IMG/VR virus record: IMGVR_UViG_2873737359_000001
Location: 32,001 to 96,000 of that record
DNA length: 64,000 nt
Reading direction: 5' to 3' (one strand)
Origin: a virus
Lineage: Duplodnaviria; Caudoviricetes
A program made the position numbers and the translations under genes. The notes beneath the pieces are model-generated. The model was not told the DNA's origin, made no database searches, and worked only from the letters and a program-made list of their open reading frames with translations. Position 1 is the stretch's first letter, and the number at the start of each line of letters is the position of its first letter. Of the stretch, positions 10,640 to 18,706 are shown one piece after another.

Positions 10640-10712
10640 TTGGCATAGACGGAATCGAACCGTCATTATATTGATCCATGAGTCAATTATTCTACCATTG
10701 AACTATATGCCA
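10640..10712 (-). tRNA. Atypical tRNA with 8-nt anticodon loop (CU-CAUG-GA)
   Basis: Acceptor TGGCATA/TATGCCA, D-arm GTTC..GAAT, anticodon stem ATTGA/TCAAT around CTCATGGA, T-arm GACGG-TTCGATT-CCGTC. No CCA. Confidence 0.8.
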
Positions 10713-10767
10713 AACCATTACATATACAAATGAGTGCCTAATAGAGCTTATGCAAAATATCAGGCAA

Positions 10768-10841
10768 TGGAAATTCTGGGACTCGAACCCAGGACCGACC
10801 GGTTATGAGCCGGTTGCTCTAACCAACTGAGCTAAATTTCC
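10768..10841 (-). tRNA. tRNA-Ile2/Met (CAT), Ile2-like body
   Basis: GGAAATTTAGCTCAGTTGGTTAGAGCAACCGGCTCATAACCGGTCGGTCCTGGGTTCGAGTCCCAGAATTTCCA; canonical cloverleaf resembling Firmicute tRNA-Ile(CAU). Confidence 0.92.
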
Positions 10842-10911
10842 ATGCTCTGTATATGACACACTACTATGATATATCATATACAGGAAAACACTTATTATAA
10901 ATGCAGCCTAC

Positions 10912-11342
10912 GTTTATAGTTACCACAATCCTATCATTGCTAACAACACTGATCGGTTCGACCTCATATACTACCTAATTTCACCTCACTATAAACACGT
11001 TTATTCTTTCTATTCTTTTATAACTACATTAACAGCCGTCGCTGTTTTGATCCCCACTCACTTCCTCATCCTCGTTATAAGAATATAAGCTATAAAATCA
11101 ATAAGCTGCGTAATTGATATTTCCTTATATTCCAGATACGACTACACCAAACCATATTGTTTGCCTCACCATACTTTCTCACCCTCACCTCGTCATGTAT
11201 CAAGAATACTTCAGAAATATTTTCCTTTTATATGACTACACCAAACCATATTGTTTGCCTCACCATACTACCTCACCCTCGTCATATAAAAGATCATCTA
11301 TATAAATGTATGTGCTACCAAACCCTCTACCAACCTCGCACA
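10912..11342 (-). ncRNA. Array of five stem-loops with shared GAGG...GUA junction (candidate ncRNA)
   Basis: Stems at 10912-10996, 11011-11085, 11135-11201, 11225-11292 and 11311-11342. Each loop starts TAC and ends CCTC on +. Strand inferred from flanking tRNAs. Confidence 0.55.
11140..11269. repeat. 36-bp exact direct repeat (11140-11175, 11234-11269)
   Basis: gactacaccaaaccatattgtttgcctcaccatact occurs twice. Confidence 0.9.
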
Positions 11343-11523
11343 GAGCCATACCCAAAGTACAGGCTGTTCCCAACTTAGTTTCATCTCATTGTAAAATTGT
11401 AATAAAATATATTACATTTGTCTGAGACTATAATGATATGCTGATCACTGCTATCTTGATCTCAAGTAGGTTAACCTTCAGATCTAAATTAATCCGTGGC
11501 CTTTAGATATCTAAAGATCTGAA

Positions 11524-11605
11524 TACGGATAATGGGACTTGAACCCATATGAGTTTCCTCCGGAGAGTTTGAGTCTCCTGCGTCTGCCTATTTCGCCATA
11601 TCCGC
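11524..11605 (-). tRNA. tRNA-Leu(CAA)
   Basis: GCGGATATGGCGAAATAGGCAGACGC..GGAGA-CTCAAAC-TCTCC, long variable arm, TTCAAGT T-loop. Confidence 0.92.
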
Positions 11606-11627
11606 TTATGATGTCTGTTTTAAGACA

Positions 11628-12356
11628 TCATATTTCATTCCATTGATCATCTGGAATATTTTTAATTACAGATTTTTTACTTGGTAACTTATATTTTATA
11701 CACCATTTTCTAACTGAATTATCAGTTACGCCATACTCTTTGGCAATACTAACAAATGAATCTTTTCTTATCTTATTTTTTAAATCTTCTCTTGATATTG
11801 GCGGTTGTTTCAAAACCACTTTTGGCTTAACTTTCCCCTTCTTGTTTATTTTCTTATTTGCCTTTAAATGTTTTTTAGAAGATTTTCCTGCATAATTTGC
11901 TGTTTGCGAATGACAATTCGGACATAAAATTTGCAAATTTTCTAATTTATTATTTGAATGTTCTCCATCAATGTGGTGTAACACCAACGTAATGTCTTTT
12001 CCATTCCAATTAGAAATGCCACAAATTTCACACTTATATTCTTTTACACCTTCATTTACTAACATTTTCAATAATCTACTAGATTGATAATTTTTATATT
12101 TTCCATCCAATACATCATTCAAAGACGCTTTTGTTTTTTTATGCGTTTTCAAAGCGCATTCTCTATATAAATTAGAACGATTTTTAGAATTTTTAGTTGT
12201 GTCTAATCCATATTCTATGATTAGCTTTTTCAAGGTTTCTGGATTAGAACCATGTCCATTAAGTCCAACTTTTCTTAACAAGTCACAATACCCATTTGAA
12301 GTATCAAGTAAATACTGTAATTCGTCTGGAGTAAAATCATATAATATACTTGCCAA
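11628..12356 (-). CDS. HNH homing endonuclease inserted between tRNA genes
   Basis: CEICG...LHHIDGEHSNNKLENLQILCPNCH, with a C-terminal HTH. Confidence 0.88.
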   Translation of the reverse strand: MASILYDFTPDELQYLLDTSNGYCDLLRKVGLNGHGSNPETLKKLIIEYGLDTTKNSKNRSNLYRECALKTHKKTKASLNDVLDGKYKNYQSSRLLKMLVNEGVKEYKCEICGISNWNGKDITLVLHHIDGEHSNNKLENLQILCPNCHSQTANYAGKSSKKHLKANKKINKKGKVKPKVVLKQPPISREDLKNKIRKDSFVSIAKEYGVTDNSVRKWCIKYKLPSKKSVIKNIPDDQWNEI

Positions 12357-12357
12357 A

Positions 12358-12440
12358 CTAGGGTGGTGGGATTCGAACCCACACGGAAATCTCCAATAGA
12401 GTCAAAGTCTATTATGTCTATCCAATTCCATCACACCCCA
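12358..12440 (-). tRNA. tRNA-Gln(TTG) with a long (type II-like) variable arm
   Basis: Acceptor TGGGGTG/CACCCTA plus G73; ATAGA-CTTTGAC-TCTAT; variable region TGGAGATTTCCGT; GTGGG-TTCGAAT-CCCAC. Confidence 0.85.
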
Positions 12441-12444
12441 ATGA

Positions 12445-12823
12445 TTATCCACCATTTACCAGCCTTGCAGATCACTTATGGTCAAATACAACTATACCAA
12501 TAACATTTGCCAAGGATTTGATAAAATTTTATTCTTTATTATTTACTCTTTTAACTTTGATCAAAAATAAACTTTGAATTTTAAGCTTTATTACTTGACC
12601 TTTACAACTTTAAGCTTTACAGTGCATTAAGTAATATTATTTATCCATAATATGTATTATTTATAATATATTCGAATTAAAAGTTCGACCATTATTTAAA
12701 TTTTCTACCACTGTAGACCTTTCGATTTTAGAGTAGAGAGCTTCTTTTTAGCTTTATATGAGACTATGCTCTCCTGAAAGTCTAATAAGTTGTAATTTAA
12801 AGTTTTCAGTAAACAATGGATAA
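12445..12823 (-). ncRNA. Candidate ~380-nt ncRNA with 17-bp closing stem and periodic YAAAG tract
   Basis: On the minus strand, TTATCCATTGTTTACTG pairs with TGGTAAATGGTGGATAA (G-U wobbles). About 12 YAAAG-like motifs at ~7-nt spacing at 12525-12620. Confidence 0.55.
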
Positions 12824-12841
12824 TTCTAATTTATATCAAAA

Positions 12842-13483
12842 TCAATAATTGATTTCGATTTCCGTAATTGCGTTGCTCACAGAAAGTGCTGCATCAACCT
12901 CTGATTTAAAATTTGAGATTTCTTCTTCAAGAACATTGATCTTGTCATTTACCTTGATAGGATCGAGCAGGTCGTAGGACTGAGCAGTGATAAAATCGTT
13001 ACGAGTACGATCAAACGCTTCTGCATTTACCTTTGTGTCTTTTGCGCCATACAGACCGATGACATACTGATCTGCTTTCTTCTCAAGTTCATCTCCGTTC
13101 CTAGTTTTAATAACAGCCTGAGCATTGTTAAACTGCTGTTTCATCTTTCTTAAAAGTTCTTCTTTAAGATCCATGAAGTTGTTTTTCATATCAATGGCTT
13201 CTGCAACGGTATATTCAATTCCTGTAATTGTTACCTTTGTCCTAGCATTTGAAAGAACAACTGCCGTTTTAATCGCGTTTCTGCGTGCCATAAGATCTAC
13301 AACTTTATCGTAAGATCCAGTCATCATGTTAAGATACTCATCAACTTTAATTCCATTGATCTTTTCATTAGAATGTTTATTAGCTACACAGAATACAGCT
13401 TCACTAATTGCTAAATGAATTCTATCATCGAGAATCTTAAGTTCTGAAAGTGCTTTGTGTACTGTCATCTTTTCTGTTGTCAT
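12842..13483 (-). CDS. Coiled-coil hypothetical protein (possibly DIP1984/septicolysin-like)
   Basis: MTVHKALSELK, TVAEAI and EVDAALSVSNAITEI motifs; family call from memory. Confidence 0.6.
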   Translation of the reverse strand: MTTEKMTVHKALSELKILDDRIHLAISEAVFCVANKHSNEKINGIKVDEYLNMMTGSYDKVVDLMARRNAIKTAVVLSNARTKVTITGIEYTVAEAIDMKNNFMDLKEELLRKMKQQFNNAQAVIKTRNGDELEKKADQYVIGLYGAKDTKVNAEAFDRTRNDFITAQSYDLLDPIKVNDKINVLEEEISNFKSEVDAALSVSNAITEIEINY

Positions 13484-13611
13484 AACGTTTCTCCTTATAA
13501 TCTTTAAATTTTAATATGTATAAATGCTGAAACCGAACTTCACATTTATTTAAGTTTTTTATCATAACCAATACTTACAAACTGATGTCATAATCATCTC
13601 GCTACCTCCGT

Positions 13612-14709
13612 TTATACTGCATAATGTAAAGCTTTGTCCTCACATCTAATTACCTCGATATGATCTACTCCAACTGCTGCCAGTTTCGTATCATCTTCGT
13701 CTGTAACATCGTCAGCTTTAACTTCTACATATTCGCCTGGAACATAATTAATTCCACGTTTAGTATCAAATACACAATCTGCATTTCTAAAACTAACATA
13801 TATACATCCATTATCAATGTATATATAATCTTCAAATTTTTCAGATTTATCAAACAAATCAAGATATTTAAATGTCTGATTAGTTCTACCATCCTTCATA
13901 TATGTATATATCGCATATTTTACAGATGATGTATTTACGATGTTCAAATCTTTAATTGCGTTTTCAAAATCACCAGAATGATTAATTTCAAAAGCAATCG
14001 CTCTTAAGCAATCATAATTAAGAGGAACTTTTTTAGAGAAGCTAATTACTTTGGTAATTTCACCATATTTTTCTTTTGGAAGCTTATCCTGCATGTATTC
14101 TGTAATATCATCTGTGTCTGGATAATCAAATCTAAAATGATAGTGGAATCTTCCTGGACGGTTCACTAAAAAGTCACTAAGATTTCTAAGCTCATTACAT
14201 GTGATAACGAATAATTTCTTTCCGTCATATAAACCATCAAATAAAGTAAGCAGTTCCGTCTGTGGATCCGCAGCCCCATCAGGTGCTTTAATTCCTCCAA
14301 ATGTTTTATCATATTCATCAAACATTACCATCACTTCCTGATTAATAGATGCAATAAAATCAGCAATACCAGGAATATAACTATCAACAATAAGAACTGG
14401 AATGTCTCTTTTAATAGCTTCGGTAGCAAGAATTTTTGCAAATAAAGATTTTCCAATTCCCTTATCTCCAGAAAGGATCACTCCTAAATTCTTATTAAAA
14501 TAAGGAAATGCATTAAGAACTTTGTTTGCCTTACTCATATGAATCCCATAGATTTTATTTTCTCTTACAACAATATCCGTGTGTTTATCAAGAAAAAATC
14601 CAGAGCTTTTTGAAAACGATACTGAATATGCTTGAGCCGGAAGTTTGTCAAATACTTCGAGTTCATCATTATAAGCTTGGTATGTAGTTCCAATTTTAAT
14701 TACTTTCAT
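13612..14709 (-). CDS. AAA+ ATPase
   Basis: GDKGIGKS, MFDEYDK, NRPGRF. Confidence 0.88.
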   Translation of the reverse strand: MKVIKIGTTYQAYNDELEVFDKLPAQAYSVSFSKSSGFFLDKHTDIVVRENKIYGIHMSKANKVLNAFPYFNKNLGVILSGDKGIGKSLFAKILATEAIKRDIPVLIVDSYIPGIADFIASINQEVMVMFDEYDKTFGGIKAPDGAADPQTELLTLFDGLYDGKKLFVITCNELRNLSDFLVNRPGRFHYHFRFDYPDTDDITEYMQDKLPKEKYGEITKVISFSKKVPLNYDCLRAIAFEINHSGDFENAIKDLNIVNTSSVKYAIYTYMKDGRTNQTFKYLDLFDKSEKFEDYIYIDNGCIYVSFRNADCVFDTKRGINYVPGEYVEVKADDVTDEDDTKLAAVGVDHIEVIRCEDKALHYAV

Positions 14710-14740
14710 GTTTCTTCTCCTTTATTTTTCATTATATAAA

Positions 14741-14811
14741 CGGCCATGGAAGGATTCGAACCTTCTCCACGATAATCAAAGTATCGTGTGCTGCCATTAC
14801 ACCACAAGGCT
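14741..14811 (-). tRNA. tRNA-Gln(TTG), acceptor stem with two mismatches
   Basis: CGATA-CTTTGAT-TATCG; GAAGG-TTCGAAT-CCTTC; acceptor AGCCTTG/CATGGCC. Confidence 0.75.
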
Positions 14812-14978
14812 GCATTTATTATCAAATTTATTATTGATAGTTTCAAGATATTTTTTTTGTTACCTACAAGATATTTCTATCTCATAGGTAACATTTTTAA
14901 TTTTGTATGTTTATACAAAATTTATTATTGATAGTTTCGAGACATTTTAAAAATTGCCTCTCGCTTGACTGTATATGT

Positions 14979-15007
14979 ATTATAGCACATCTATATAACT
15001 ATGTCAA
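14979..15007 (-). promoter_or_regulatory. Consensus sigma-A promoter for the tRNA region
   Basis: TTGACA-17 nt-TATAAT with extended -10 TG. Confidence 0.85.
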
Positions 15008-15051
15008 CATCAAATTTATTTTTAACAATATAAAGTTTTAAGAAGCATTTT

Positions 15052-15543
15052 TTACTTATATAACTGATACTTTTTGCTTATAGTATGTGCAATATCATCT
15101 GGAAGCGGACGAAACCATATTCCAACAATAGTAGTTCCGTTCTCCTCTTCTGGTTTCAACTCTGTAAAACAACAATCCGCAATAATACCATAATCTCTGC
15201 CTTCAATAAGCCCTAGATCATTCGCAATATCTTTTGCTTTAAGTAGTTTGTTCTTATTCTTTGCTTCGCATACTGTTTTTACAAAATTTCCGTCAATATA
15301 CTGTTCATATTCCTCTTTTGGAATATATACAGTAGACTTGTAATGCGTAATATCATCAGAATCCGCCGGGACTTCCCTTACAGGAAGCCCTATAGCATTG
15401 AAATTCATCTCGATCGGAGTAACAGGCTTGATCAATCTTGTATAATATGCCTCCACACAATGCATCAACATTGCAGACAATTTGCCTGGACTTAGGTTAA
15501 GATCTTTTCTTATTATAAATAATCTTCTATATCCCATAAACAT
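15052..15543 (-). CDS. Peptidyl-tRNA hydrolase 2 (Pth2-like)
   Basis: IRKDLNLSPGKL...H, KTVC, IADCCFTE, GTTIVGI; next to the tRNA cluster. Confidence 0.75.
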   Translation of the reverse strand: MFMGYRRLFIIRKDLNLSPGKLSAMLMHCVEAYYTRLIKPVTPIEMNFNAIGLPVREVPADSDDITHYKSTVYIPKEEYEQYIDGNFVKTVCEAKNKNKLLKAKDIANDLGLIEGRDYGIIADCCFTELKPEEENGTTIVGIWFRPLPDDIAHTISKKYQLYK

Positions 15544-15546
15544 ACC

Positions 15547-15894
15547 TCAACGTTTCTTCTCATCAGAATCATTTACAATCTGATCAATCTTATCAACAAT
15601 ATAATCCACTACATCTTTACTTGACTTGCCAATTTAGTCAATGTTATCCGAAGTAAGCTGATCCACTACAGCAATCGTATATATAGTTTCTTTTGATGGC
15701 ATTAATGCAGCAGATATACCAAAAATTATAAAAATAATTCCAAATATAATTACAATTTTATCTACTTTCTCTTCATCGAGAAAACGAGATGCTGCAACTA
15801 TAAAAGTAAATATAGCGATCAATACACATATATTCTGTATATTTTTTGATATTCCAGCAAAATATATCAACCATGGATTAATAATTGGCTCCAT
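15547..15894 (-). pseudogene. Membrane protein gene with probable premature TAA at 15634-15636
   Basis: Frame continues past the stop as IGKSSKDVVDYIVDKIDQIVNDSDEKKR* and ends at the Pth2 RBS. Confidence 0.55.
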
Positions 15895-15905
15895 AATTAT
15901 ACCTC

Positions 15906-16319
15906 TTATTTCGCTTTAGATTCCACTTCACTTGCAATCTTCTTAACAACAAGACGTTTCGCAGCTAGTCTTAGACCAAATTCTAAATCAAATTTATCTC
16001 CTTCTTCTTCATTACAGGATGCCATAGCACTTAATGCACCTGATCTAACCTGTACTCGCTTTCCATTATGTCGATACTCAAATTTCAAATCTTTTTTACT
16101 TTTAGAAAACGGATCAACATAATAGTAATACGCAACTTTCCAGACAGACCATTTCGGCTTCTTAAGATTTTTCTTCTCAACCTTGATATCATCAGATACC
16201 AAAAGCGTACAAATTTCCGTTAGAATTTTTGCAATATCTTCTTCAAATGCAGCAGCCATCACATCTGAAAATTTCATATCACCCAATGCCTGAACTCTAT
16301 CAATTTTACTTTCAACCAT
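15906..16319 (-). CDS. Hypothetical phage protein
   Basis: 137 aa; ASCNEEEGDKFDLEFGLRLA motif typical of phage proteins; AGGAG RBS. Confidence 0.7.
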   Translation of the reverse strand: MVESKIDRVQALGDMKFSDVMAAAFEEDIAKILTEICTLLVSDDIKVEKKNLKKPKWSVWKVAYYYYVDPFSKSKKDLKFEYRHNGKRVQVRSGALSAMASCNEEEGDKFDLEFGLRLAAKRLVVKKIASEVESKAK

Positions 16320-16322
16320 ATC

Positions 16323-16442
16323 TCATTTCTCCTTTTTATCTCTGTTAAAAAATTTTTTATAAATATAATGACCTGTGCAACATCCAACAATAAAAATCGT
16401 TACTGCGATTACAGCAAATGTTCCAACATTCAATACAATCAT
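16323..16442 (-). CDS. 39-aa single-TM peptide (below ORF-track cutoff)
   Basis: MIVLNVGTFAVIAVTIFIVGCCTGHYIYKKFFNRDKKEK, directly after the PspA-like gene. Confidence 0.6.
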   Translation of the reverse strand: MIVLNVGTFAVIAVTIFIVGCCTGHYIYKKFFNRDKKEK

Positions 16443-16443
16443 T

Positions 16444-17187
16444 TTATTTTCCTTTCCTTGCTTTTAACTCCTGCAGTTTCTTATCAATGGCCTCATCTTT
16501 CATCTTCTTATCAAGGCGCTTCTGCTGTACATCTGCAGACGCATCAAATGCTGCTTTTGTACCATCCGCAGCCTCTTTTTGCTTTTTGATACCTTCGCGA
16601 ACAACTTCAAGCATTTTATCTTCTTCCTTGTCTGAAGCACCTGGAGTAACCTGTAAGGATTTTGTAACCTGTGCTGTTTCAAGAGTAAGAATTGCCTTAT
16701 CCTTTTCAGACTTAAGATCGTTTACCGCCTGAAGCGCACTGTCAAGCATTTCCTTTTGAGCGGTTGCATTAGATCTAAGCTCTTTAAGTGTATCTTTTAA
16801 AACAGCAATCTTATCTTCTGCATCCTGCTGCTTTTTCAAATATACTTTAGCCCCTTCATCGTCTCCTTTATCAATACAAGCATTGATATTTAAATTAAGC
16901 TGCATATTTTCTTTCTGTAATGCTCGAAGCTGCTCCTCATAAGAAGTGATCTTACCAAGCATCTGTGTATAGATCTGATTTGCCTTATTATACTGATCCT
17001 TTTTTGCATCAATCGCTTCATTATAATAGGCTTTTGCCCCTTCAGGGGTGGAGGCATCTTTAATGATAGCCTCCGTTGCTGTACCTGTTGCCCTTGTTTT
17101 TACTCGTTTCCCTGTTTTACTTCTGAAAAAGAAAAACGCTGCAATGATAATAGCAATTAATAATACTGCTCCAAATGTAATTTTCAT
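16444..17187 (-). CDS. Membrane-anchored coiled-coil protein, PspA/IM30-like
   Basis: N-terminal TM, long heptad coiled coil, C-terminal IDKKLQELKAR. Confidence 0.6.
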   Translation of the reverse strand: MKITFGAVLLIAIIIAAFFFFRSKTGKRVKTRATGTATEAIIKDASTPEGAKAYYNEAIDAKKDQYNKANQIYTQMLGKITSYEEQLRALQKENMQLNLNINACIDKGDDEGAKVYLKKQQDAEDKIAVLKDTLKELRSNATAQKEMLDSALQAVNDLKSEKDKAILTLETAQVTKSLQVTPGASDKEEDKMLEVVREGIKKQKEAADGTKAAFDASADVQQKRLDKKMKDEAIDKKLQELKARKGK

Positions 17188-17189
17188 GA

Positions 17190-17828
17190 TTAATCCCTTC
17201 CCTCATCAATGTCAAGACCGAAATTCTTAAACAATTCTGTCATTCCTCCGGTATATCCTGATCCAAGCGCCTGGAATTTAAATCCATCTCCGTATTTATA
17301 AAGTCTTCCCATCTCTACAGCATTCAGATTTTCAAAATTCTCATTCTCAGACAGATCATATTCGTACTTATCTCCGTCTGGATTATCATAATCACAGATC
17401 ATCATAGTTGCATTACTTACCATACCAAAATTCTGAAGGCGCTGCACCGCTCTGAAAATAGTAAGACAAATGGTAAAGTCTGTTTTATTCTCCGGGAACT
17501 GATCTGCATGGACAATAAAGTACTCATCATAATGCTTTCCATTAAACATCATGCCCTGAGAATCATTTCCGGTAAGATTATCTCCGGAATAATCAACCCA
17601 CGGATAAGCAGATCCATCTCCATATGTATTGTAATTTACCAAATCTCCAGGATAAGTGACTTTTCTATCTGTATTAGTTAAGAATCCGTTAATATCAAAA
17701 TCAATGTCTGCTTCTCCGGAATAACGATTCTGGTCCCAATTTACACCAATAAAGAAATTTTTTACTGCTGATCCATCTTCTTTTGTCATACTGATTTTCT
17801 GATTTTTGCTCATATTAATTGTTGCCAT
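17190..17828 (-). CDS. TerD-family stress protein
   Basis: INMSKNQKISM, GVNWD, DFD, SGDNLTG, QNFGMV, GRLYK..FKFQALG. Confidence 0.88.
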   Translation of the reverse strand: MATINMSKNQKISMTKEDGSAVKNFFIGVNWDQNRYSGEADIDFDINGFLTNTDRKVTYPGDLVNYNTYGDGSAYPWVDYSGDNLTGNDSQGMMFNGKHYDEYFIVHADQFPENKTDFTICLTIFRAVQRLQNFGMVSNATMMICDYDNPDGDKYEYDLSENENFENLNAVEMGRLYKYGDGFKFQALGSGYTGGMTELFKNFGLDIDEGRD

Positions 17829-17887
17829 ATTCTTAATCTCCTTTAATTTGCGTTATTTATATAAAATTTATTATTTACAGTATAGAA

Positions 17888-18694
17888 TTATTTTTTATTG
17901 AGCCAATCTTTGTACTGGCGAAGAATCTCTGTATACAGCTGCTCGTCATTCATTTTGTTCATGTCTTTTACAGCAGTAAAACCAGTATTATCATGTTTTC
18001 TGCCTTCCATATGATCTAAAGCTCGAAGATAATTAAAACTTTCATCTCCAATTCCAATAAACTGTACAAACATATTGTAATTAGAAAGTTCTTTTACGAT
18101 TTTATTTGTCTCATTCGTATCCCAATTTTCTCCATCTGTGATAAAAATAATAAATGCTGGAACTTCACTTGGCTCAATATCTTTGTAATAAGAAACCATT
18201 TCCTTTAATACAGGAGCATAATTGGTTCCGCCCATACTCATATTTGCTTTATTCATTACTTTTCTTACATATGTTGAATAATTGTCTTTTGTAACAGCTG
18301 CAAGTCTCTCACTTCCGTTAGAAAATAACCAACTCTCAAGTTCACCATTATCATCAAATCGAAGAGCAATTGGTAACAGCCGAGAAACTGTTTCCTGAAC
18401 AGATCCATTACGGAAAAGATTGCTCATGCTTCCGGAATAATCCATAGCCAATGCTACTCTCGCTACATGTTTTGTCATGTCAATTTTGTTATCTTTTGAC
18501 ATATTGATCAGGACAGTTTTTAAATTTTCTTCATGTTTCGACATATCGATTGGCATTACCGGAGAATTTGGTTCCTCATCATTCTGATTTTGCATCTGAT
18601 CCTGCAAATCTTTTTCTGTTGTAATCTGCTGTGTTACCATGCTTCCTGTTGAACCATTTTCTTTCTTCCCAAATAACTTTCCTAAAAATCCCAT
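17888..18694 (-). CDS. vWA domain protein (Ter-associated)
   Basis: MIDAS DYSGSM, GGTNYAP, FITDG, QFIGIG. Confidence 0.9.
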   Translation of the reverse strand: MGFLGKLFGKKENGSTGSMVTQQITTEKDLQDQMQNQNDEEPNSPVMPIDMSKHEENLKTVLINMSKDNKIDMTKHVARVALAMDYSGSMSNLFRNGSVQETVSRLLPIALRFDDNGELESWLFSNGSERLAAVTKDNYSTYVRKVMNKANMSMGGTNYAPVLKEMVSYYKDIEPSEVPAFIIFITDGENWDTNETNKIVKELSNYNMFVQFIGIGDESFNYLRALDHMEGRKHDNTGFTAVKDMNKMNDEQLYTEILRQYKDWLNKK

Positions 18695-18706
18695 TTTTTA
18701 TTCTCC

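Noticed and set aside
11140-11269. 36-bp repeat pair as a mini-CRISPR
   Set aside because: Only two copies, 58-nt gap, no typical repeat end and no cas genes. Better explained as duplicated loops of the stem-loop array.
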